Origin: a virus
Length of the DNA: 6,175 nucleotides
IMG/VR virus record: IMGVR_UViG_3300014540_000001
Location: 1-6,175 of that record
Direction: 5' to 3' (one strand)
The notes beneath the pieces were generated by a model, which ran no database searches, was not told where the DNA came from, and saw only the letters and a program-made list of their open reading frames with translations. Shown here piece after piece: positions 1 through 4,618 of this stretch (positions are counted from its first letter, which is position 1; each line of letters opens with the position of its first letter). The translations under genes and the position numbers were made by a program.

Positions 1-78
1 CCCGAAGAGTTGGCCGTAACTTAGCGTTGCTCCGTTTTCCTGGATTTCAGCTATTTCTCTTTTTATGTCATTCAGCCA
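1..78. repeat. Terminal redundancy, copy 1. Bases 1-78 are identical to 6098-6175, so this is the overlap of a circular 6,097-nt genome.
   Basis: Base-by-base comparison of both ends: cccgaagagttggccgtaacttagcgttgc...tatgtcattcagcca occurs at 1-78 and at 6098-6175 with no mismatch. A minus-strand reading frame runs through the junction in phase. Confidence 0.95.
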
Positions 79-783
79 GTTCTGGAACTCTATTGTTTTC
101 TTTTCTTCCCTTATTTTCCCGATGTTCTCGTTGATTTCTTCGTTGGTACTCTTCAGATTTTGTAATTCCTGTTCTGCCTTGCTTGTATTTACTTCACTTC
201 CTTTGTTTGCCAGCATTTTCCCTACCAGGTCGAGTCCTGCACTTGCCATGTCTGCGGTAACTTTCTTCATCGTGTCTGCTTTGATGGAGTTGGTTTGTGC
301 CTTGGTCAGTTCTATTTGCGCCTTTTGTGCTTCCGCCTGCAGGGCCACTTGTATTCCCATCGGTTGCATCGCTGTTACTGGTGACATCTGTCCCCCCGAA
401 CTTGTTGCGCTTGTGCTTTGTCCCCCTGCTCCTCCGCCACCGTATAGCAGTGCCGGATTTAGACCCGCTGCTTCGTATCTTGCCTTTTCTGCTGCCGGGT
501 TGTTGTATGCGTTTTGTTTGTCAAACGTATAATCGTACATTTCCCTTGCCAGGTTTTGGTTGTACGCTGCTGTCTGTTTGTTGTAGTCAAACTGTAACCC
601 CATTCGCTGGAGTTCTGCCTGATTCTGCTTTTCCATCATTTCCCGTCCGTATTCAAATGATGCTTCCTGCATTTCTTTCTGCGCCTTGGCATTTATTGCG
701 CCTCCGATCAATCCCATACCACCTCCTAGTACTGATGATATGATACCACCGCCGCCACCCTTTAAAAAATTTAGAAATCCCAT
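1..783 (-). CDS. VP2: Minor capsid / DNA pilot protein VP2 (phiX174 H-like), N-terminal 261 codons. It continues across the circular junction into 6097..5813 for a total of 355 aa.
   Basis: ATG at 783..781 is preceded by an in-frame stop (TAG, 804..802). Plus-strand triplets in phase 1 from 1 to 783 contain no tta, cta or tca, so the minus frame is open to base 1. My translation is MGFLNFLKGGGGGIISSVLGGGMGLIGGAINAKAQKEMQEASFEYGREMMEKQNQAELQRMGLQFDYNKQTAAYNQNLAREMYDYTFDKQNAYNNPAAEKARYEAAGLNPALLYGGGGAGG..., followed by a Q/K/E-rich coiled-coil-like region. A Gly-rich N-terminus plus the YxxAGLNPxL block is typical of microvirus VP2/pilot proteins. The segment is missing from the ORF track because it has no stop codon inside the window edge. 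Confidence 0.8.
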   Translation of the reverse strand, partial: MGFLNFLKGGGGGIISSVLGGGMGLIGGAINAKAQKEMQEASFEYGREMMEKQNQAELQRMGLQFDYNKQTAAYNQNLAREMYDYTFDKQNAYNNPAAEKARYEAAGLNPALLYGGGGAGGQSTSATSSGGQMSPVTAMQPMGIQVALQAEAQKAQIELTKAQTNSIKADTMKKVTADMASAGLDLVGKMLANKGSEVNTSKAEQELQNLKSTNEEINENIGKIREEKKTIEFQNWLNDIKREIAEIQENGATLSYGQLFG

Positions 784-793
784 ATCCTTTTCG

Positions 794-901
794 CGCTTTT
801 TCTAAAAGCGGTAAACTCTAACTTGATATATATGTACAGTTGCGTAAAGGTTACGCAACCAATTTTATTGTGATAGTATTAGAGGGGAATTGCTCCCCCT
901 C
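794..901. other. Three inverted repeats (potential ssDNA/RNA hairpins) in the intergenic region upstream of VP2.
   Basis: Three stems are present. (1) 794-800 cgctttt pairs with 804-810 aaaagcg: 7 bp, 3-nt loop. (2) 839-847 gttgcgtaa pairs with 851-859 ttacgcaac: 9 bp, 3-nt loop. (3) 882-887 gagggg pairs with 896-901 cccctc: 6 bp, with an alternative 5-bp register. No U-run follows any of them on the gene-sense strand. Confidence 0.6.
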
Positions 902-906
902 CTTCA

Positions 907-1254
907 TCATGTACTCGGTGCACCTTTTTCATCAGGTGACACCGTAGGCGTCTCCGTTTTCCTGGTTGGTTCCAGTCCTTTTGCTTTCAGAATCTTTTGC
1001 CGGTTGGCCGGTTCCATTTTTTCCTGGACTAAATCCCACTTGTCTGTTCTGATGTTGTATTGAGGCAATACGCCGTCTGCTTTCCTTGTATAAACCAGTG
1101 GTGCTGCATCCTTGATTGGTTCCTTGTTTTCTGTGAGTCTCTTGACCTTGTTTTCAATAATCTCACCTTCGTAGGCATCAATTTTTTTGATACCTTTCAT
1201 TTTTTTAAATACTGGTATTCTTCTCATATTACATAATTGGAATTTGTTTTGCAC
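907..1254 (-). CDS. Small hypothetical protein between VP1 and VP2 (115 aa maximal; more likely 106 aa from the ATG at 1227). It may be a scaffolding-type accessory protein, but its function is not recognisable from sequence.
   Basis: The ORF sits on the gene-sense strand and ends with TGA at 909..907. The ATG at 1227..1225 lies 1 nt after the VP1 stop (TAATATG), which suggests translational coupling. The protein is charged and K/E-rich and contains KADGVLPQYNIRTDKWDLVQEK. The positional analogy to small structural or scaffold genes of microviruses is only an inference. Confidence 0.6.
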   Translation of the reverse strand: MQNKFQLCNMRRIPVFKKMKGIKKIDAYEGEIIENKVKRLTENKEPIKDAAPLVYTRKADGVLPQYNIRTDKWDLVQEKMEPANRQKILKAKGLEPTRKTETPTVSPDEKGAPST

Positions 1255-3142
1255 CCATTACACGTCTTGCTTGTATCCTGAATCCGATTTGTACCCAGAA
1301 ATCCATGTTGTTGAGTTCATTTGTTGCGAAAATCCCGGTAAACTCTTTAGGATTTATATAGGTAGTCGCATTCTCGATTTGACCTTTATTTACTGTATAC
1401 TGTCTGTTCAGGCACATGAATCCCTCGCTTTCTCCTGCGGCGAAATTGCCGTATGTCCTGTTCACGTTTGTCATGTAGTTAATCCATGCGATTGTTTTGC
1501 CTAATGCTGCGTTTTCATCTGCGTCCGCGTGCATCCATTTCTCCATCAGGTCCTGGTACCCGATACCGTCCAGCTGCGGTTTGTGAATGTCATTTAATGT
1601 GTCAAGGTCATTATCCCAGTCATTTCCCTGTGAGTAGTCTATGCGCGGCGTAATGCTTGCTATTCCGATAATATAGGATGGTTCTGATATTTTGATTGTG
1701 ATTGTACCTCCTTTCTTGTTCGAGTTGTATCCTTTGCCTGCCAGTGTTCCTAACGGTTCATTTCCTTGAATTTCTGTTGCTGATGTGCTGACAATTTCTC
1801 CGAATTCAATTTCGCCTGATAATCCGCCTTCATATACCGGTGTTTCAGCCCTGAAGTAATAGTCTGTAGTATATACTGTTTCAATCCAGTCCTTGTAGCT
1901 TCCTCCGCTTACTGCGATTCTGTTCAGTAAGTTGTAGACCTTCTGGCTTAAGTTGAGTGTGTCGATTGTAAAGCTTCCGCTTGATGTATCGATTGCCGTT
2001 AATGCTGTGATGCCGTTGTCTCCGTCAATCCATTCCTTGTTTACCCAGTTGTTGAATATATCTGAGAAGTGTGTTTTTAGCGGAAGTCCGTACAGTTGTC
2101 CTCCGCTCGCAATATCCGTAACCATTTCGTTTATTGACGCTACTTCGCAGTTTTGTCCGGAATTCCCGATTATGTATTCTGCTCTTCCTTTGCTTAGGAT
2201 GTCCTCCCGAAGGCTGTCCAGGTCTTCCAGTTTGTAGTCTCCCAGCGTGATGTCTGACTTGTACTTGATATGCACGGTTCCGCCGTTGAATGTGATGATT
2301 GCGGTTGGGTCGGCGCTCTCCCCTCTTTGTAATACGAAACCCGCTCCGTAGCCTATTTTTATCGTTAGCGTTTTGTTTTCGTATCCCAGTTCGCAGTCTG
2401 ACAGTTTTACCCTGCCTCTCATGTATTGCGTGATTTCGCTTCCCTCTGTCCAGCTTTTGGGTGATAAATCTATATAGCTGTCTTCTTTGTTGATGTCGTT
2501 GGGTAAAATTCCGGTGATTATTTCTACTATTGCGTTTTTTTCTTCAATGGTTCCGGTGGTGTTTGTTATCATTTCCCCGTTCATGTTTTTCCCGTTGACG
2601 ATTGCCATATCGCTGGTTTTTACAGCGTTTTTAATCATATAGAATGATTCTTCCTGTTTGTTGGCGTAGTAATTTTTGAAGATGTCCCAGACTCCTAGAA
2701 ATGGTACCGCGTTTACTTTCTTTCCGTTCTTGAATTTTTTGATTCCTAGATAGTTGAAGATACTGCTTGATGATGTCTTGACGTCTTGGTTGATACATAG
2801 CTTGGGTAACTTTACCTTGGACATGTCCAGCCCGATATTCAGTGCATTGTTGTGCAGCATTGCGTTGTACAGTCTGATAGGTACTGTAAATACATCCATT
2901 TGAAATTTGAAACTTCCCAGTAATGGCCCTAATGTCGGATGTGTCATTATCTTGTCTTCCGCTTCGATTGCAAATGTATCGCCGGGCATTCCTAGCAGTT
3001 TAAGACATGGAACCAGGGTTCCTACCCCCATGCTGCTTCGCCACGCGTAGGATAAGTCATGTGTACTTCTGTCATATTCCCTTAGGCTTACCGACATTTT
3101 GTTGTTGTCGCCCAGTGTGTTTTTACCGATGTTTACTTTCAT
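1229..3142 (-). CDS. VP1: Major capsid protein VP1 (microvirus F/VP1 jelly-roll capsid), 637 aa.
   Basis: ATG at 3142..3140 and TAA at 1231..1229. The N-terminal signature is RSTHDLSYAWRSSMGVGTLVP...MPGDTF...GPLLGSFKFQMDVFTVPIRLYN. Later blocks, LNLSQKVYNLLNRIAVSGGSYKDWIE and ITPRIDYSQG...LDGIGYQ, are also characteristic of Microviridae major capsid proteins. It is the longest ORF in the genome. Its start overlaps the stop of the upstream ORF (ATGA). Confidence 0.95.
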   Translation of the reverse strand: MKVNIGKNTLGDNNKMSVSLREYDRSTHDLSYAWRSSMGVGTLVPCLKLLGMPGDTFAIEAEDKIMTHPTLGPLLGSFKFQMDVFTVPIRLYNAMLHNNALNIGLDMSKVKLPKLCINQDVKTSSSSIFNYLGIKKFKNGKKVNAVPFLGVWDIFKNYYANKQEESFYMIKNAVKTSDMAIVNGKNMNGEMITNTTGTIEEKNAIVEIITGILPNDINKEDSYIDLSPKSWTEGSEITQYMRGRVKLSDCELGYENKTLTIKIGYGAGFVLQRGESADPTAIITFNGGTVHIKYKSDITLGDYKLEDLDSLREDILSKGRAEYIIGNSGQNCEVASINEMVTDIASGGQLYGLPLKTHFSDIFNNWVNKEWIDGDNGITALTAIDTSSGSFTIDTLNLSQKVYNLLNRIAVSGGSYKDWIETVYTTDYYFRAETPVYEGGLSGEIEFGEIVSTSATEIQGNEPLGTLAGKGYNSNKKGGTITIKISEPSYIIGIASITPRIDYSQGNDWDNDLDTLNDIHKPQLDGIGYQDLMEKWMHADADENAALGKTIAWINYMTNVNRTYGNFAAGESEGFMCLNRQYTVNKGQIENATTYINPKEFTGIFATNELNNMDFWVQIGFRIQARRVMGAKQIPIM

Positions 3143-3447
3143 TTTTTGTTCTCTTTATATGTTATTGCTCTTTCAAATGCTCCTGCTACGATTTTACACA
3201 CTCTTTCAAGTGTGACGTTTTCCAGATTTTCAATGAGGTCTTTTTTTGTGTCGTATGCTCCGTCTGACACCAGCTGGTTCCCCACTGTTCCGAACCATAC
3301 ATCTTTTTCTTCTGATTTTCCTTTTCTTAGTGAAATTATGCCGTGTAGTGCTTCTGTGAAATCTTGTTCTTTCATTTCCGCTCTGTTTTCACACGTTTCC
3401 CCGACTTTTACTGCCATTTTACATGATTCATTTTCACATTTTTCCAT
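3139..3447 (-). CDS. Hypothetical protein, 102 aa, acidic, ORFan.
   Basis: ATG at 3447..3445 lies 1 nt after the stop of the preceding ORF (TAAAATG). Its own TGA overlaps the VP1 ATG (ATGA at 3142..3139). It is on the same strand and packed like the core genes. I recognise no motif in it. Confidence 0.6.
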   Translation of the reverse strand: MEKCENESCKMAVKVGETCENRAEMKEQDFTEALHGIISLRKGKSEEKDVWFGTVGNQLVSDGAYDTKKDLIENLENVTLERVCKIVAGAFERAITYKENKK

Positions 3448-3448
3448 T

Positions 3449-3649
3449 TTATTTCATTTTAAAGTTAAACATTGTACTGTCATTCTCCTGGTCTGCACTT
3501 GCGTTCTGGTCTACCTTCTGATCGCTGTTGCTGTTGTTTTTCTGAATGTTAAGGCTTATCACGCATCCTCCTAGTGTTGCTGCTAATATCCATACAAGCA
3601 CTAGCATCTTCATTAGTTTTCTTTCCTTGTTACTTTTAGCATTTTCCAT
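3449..3649 (-). CDS. Small putative secreted lipoprotein (66 aa; 54 aa if it starts at the ATG at 3613).
   Basis: The translation is MENAKSNKERKLMKMLVLVWILAATLGGCVISLNIQ.... It has a basic n-region, a hydrophobic core and a lipobox-like LGGC, with the Cys codon TGC at 3565..3563. The tail is 38 aa, polar and rich in N/Q/D/S. The internal ATG at 3613..3611 overlaps the upstream stop (TAATG). Confidence 0.6.
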   Translation of the reverse strand: MENAKSNKERKLMKMLVLVWILAATLGGCVISLNIQKNNSNSDQKVDQNASADQENDSTMFNFKMK

Positions 3650-3798
3650 TGTTTTTTTCCCATTTCGGTTAAATACTTTCCTAACTCTCTATAGCTGCCG
3701 ACTGTGGTTGTCAGGCTGACCACTTGCCCGGTACATTCGTTTACGAATTCGATTTCAAAAATAGTAAATAATGTTGTTCCTTTGTTTTGTGTATTCAT
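3613..3798 (-). CDS. Hypothetical protein, 61 aa, ORFan.
   Basis: ATG at 3798..3796 follows an A-rich leader. TAA at 3615..3613 overlaps the next ATG. It is on the gene-sense strand inside the tightly packed cassette. I recognise no motif in it. Confidence 0.5.
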   Translation of the reverse strand: MNTQNKGTTLFTIFEIEFVNECTGQVVSLTTTVGSYRELGKYLTEMGKKQWKMLKVTRKEN

Positions 3799-3814
3799 TT
3801 TTTTTTATTTTTAG

Positions 3815-4084
3815 CTATCTTTTTCCTTGACACAGTGCGAATACTGTCCTTAGTAATTCTGTCACCGCTTCAAGGCATTCTTTTTTTGTCCCTTGTATCA
3901 TCTTGTCCAGTCTGTCCCCTCTTCTTGCTATGTAATAGTCGTGTACGCTTTCCATAACTGTATAGTTTGAGTATTTCCAGTCTTCCGTACCTGCTATCCT
4001 GTAGTTTATATTTCCGTTTTTTTCTAGTTTTATTTCTAAACTTAAACTGTCGTTGACTGCTGTCAATTTTATCATTTCTCTCAT
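3815..4084 (-). CDS. Hypothetical protein, 89 aa, the first gene after the promoter. The 107-aa form in the ORF track starts at a TTG inside the promoter.
   Basis: The first ATG of the frame is at 4084..4082 (MREMIKLTAVND...). The track start at 4138 is TTG and coincides with the -33 TTTG element, and the -7 box lies within the supposed extra 18 codons. I recognise no motif in it. Confidence 0.55.
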   Translation of the reverse strand: MREMIKLTAVNDSLSLEIKLEKNGNINYRIAGTEDWKYSNYTVMESVHDYYIARRGDRLDKMIQGTKKECLEAVTELLRTVFALCQGKR

Positions 4085-4108
4085 AATTCTTTGTTTTTGA
4101 TTACATTG

Positions 4109-4139
4109 CAAATATACGATTTTTTTTTGAAACTTCAAA
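4109..4139 (-). promoter_or_regulatory. Bacteroides-type sigma-AB promoter: -33 TTTG, 19-nt spacer, -7 TATATTTG (TAnnTTTG).
   Basis: The minus strand from 4139 to 4109 reads TTTG AAGTTTCAAAAAAAAATCG TATATTTG. It is followed by a 24-nt A-rich leader and the ATG at 4084. This is the only place in the window where I found both consensus elements at the correct spacing. Confidence 0.6.
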
Positions 4140-4220
4140 TTTTCATCGTTTTTTTATTATTATTATTTCATTTATTTCTATAGATAAAAACTTATTATAA
4201 TGATGATAGCCTGTTGAAAC

Positions 4221-4317
4221 TGTTTATAACTATGTTAATTCATTCATTTTTAGATATTTATCCTGTTCATAACTTTGTTCATAACTTTTCATTTATTTAT
4301 TTGCATTGTTCATAACT
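4221..4317. repeat. Four direct copies of TGTTYATAACT in the AT-rich intergenic block.
   Basis: tgtttataact is at 4221-4231. tgttcataact is at 4264-4274, 4276-4286 and 4307-4317. Start-to-start spacings are 43, 12 and 31 bp. Confidence 0.85.
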
Positions 4318-4365
4318 ATTTTCTGTAGCAAAACATTTCAATATTCCAAATTTTAAGGCATTTTT

Positions 4366-4429
4366 TTATTAACAACTTATCAACATGTTTATTAACCGAT
4401 TTTGGCAGGTTATCAACAGGTTATTAACA
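4366..4429. repeat. Five phased iteron-like direct repeats, TTATYAAC(A/C).
   Basis: The copies are ttattaaca 4366-4374, ttatcaaca 4377-4385, ttattaacc 4389-4397, ttatcaaca 4410-4418 and ttattaaca 4421-4429. Spacings are 11, 12, 21 and 11 bp. The last two are embedded in an 11-bp tandem (caggttatcaa / caggttattaa). Confidence 0.85.
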
Positions 4430-4433
4430 TCCA

Positions 4434-4548
4434 CAAGCCGAATACCTGGAGGCTTGCACATAGTTGGCAGCATGACCACCCGGGAGTGCTGTCCCGGGTA
4501 GCGAGCTAGCCTCGCGTAGTCATGTTGATAAGCGCGGCCTGTGGCCGC
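4434..4548. other. GC-rich hairpin cluster (island A) downstream of VP4, including a three-way-junction fold.
   Basis: A hairpin pairs 4434-4439 with 4451-4456 (6 bp). An outer stem pairs 4468-4476 with 4519-4527 (9 bp, including one G-T). That outer stem encloses two hairpins: 4478-4485 with 4492-4499 (8 bp, acccggga/tcccgggt) and 4501-4505 with 4511-4515 (5 bp). A further hairpin pairs 4534-4539 with 4543-4548 (6 bp, gcggcc/ggccgc). Hand count gives 73 G+C in 4441-4560 (61%). Confidence 0.7.
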
Positions 4549-4573
4549 CTACCTTCTGGCCAACCAGGGATTA

Positions 4574-4618
4574 GCGAAGCTGGCGAAGCTGGCGAAGCTG
4601 GCGAAGTTAGCGAAGCTT
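4574..4618. repeat. 9-bp tandem repeat GCGAAGYTN x5, overlapping the last codons and the stop of VP4.
   Basis: The units are gcgaagctg at 4574-4582, 4583-4591 and 4592-4600, gcgaagtta at 4601-4609, and gcgaagctt at 4610-4618. The VP4 stop TAA is 4609..4607. Confidence 0.9.

Noticed and set aside
65-743. Plus-strand ORFs of 155 aa (65..532) and 148 aa (297..743).
   Set aside because: They lie antisense to the well-supported VP2 frame and overlap each other. They are dominated by Phe/Leu/Ser/Cys/Pro, as expected when the T-rich antisense of an A-rich coding strand is translated. They have no motifs and no sensible start context, so I treat them as shadow ORFs.
1187-3574. Plus-strand ORFs 1187..1504, 1953..2237, 3007..3267 and 3146..3574.
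   Set aside because: All are antisense to VP1 or to the ORFan cassette. They have the same low-complexity, Cys/Phe/Ser-rich composition. Microviruses code on one strand only. I recognise no motif in any of them.
4085-4138. An N-terminal 18-codon extension of ORF 3815..4138 (the 107-aa version).
   Set aside because: The track start is a TTG that coincides with the -33 TTTG element, and the extension contains the -7 box TATATTTG. The first ATG is at 4084.
4221-4241. A dif-like XerC/XerD site that could explain prophage integration (TATGTTAA at 4231-4238; also TTATGTAA on the minus strand near 1230-1240).
   Set aside because: Only half-site-like fragments are present. No inverted CATAA / TTATG arms separated by a 6-bp spacer could be assembled.
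4230-4292. A 20-codon minus-strand micro-ORF (MKSYEQSYEQDKYLKMNELT) inside the TGTTCATAACT repeats.
   Set aside because: The SYEQ repetition is just the DNA repeat in frame. The ORF is too short and lies upstream of the promoter on the gene-sense strand.
4431-4618. tRNA, CRISPR or ribozyme explanations for the GC-rich islands and the 9-bp array. I also noted CTGATGA words at 731-737 (plus) and around 924-930 (minus).
   Set aside because: There is no cloverleaf with a T-loop GTTCRA-type sequence. The 9-bp units have no spacers, so the array is not CRISPR. The CTGATGA hits lie inside coding sequence without the flanking helices or GAAA needed for a hammerhead.
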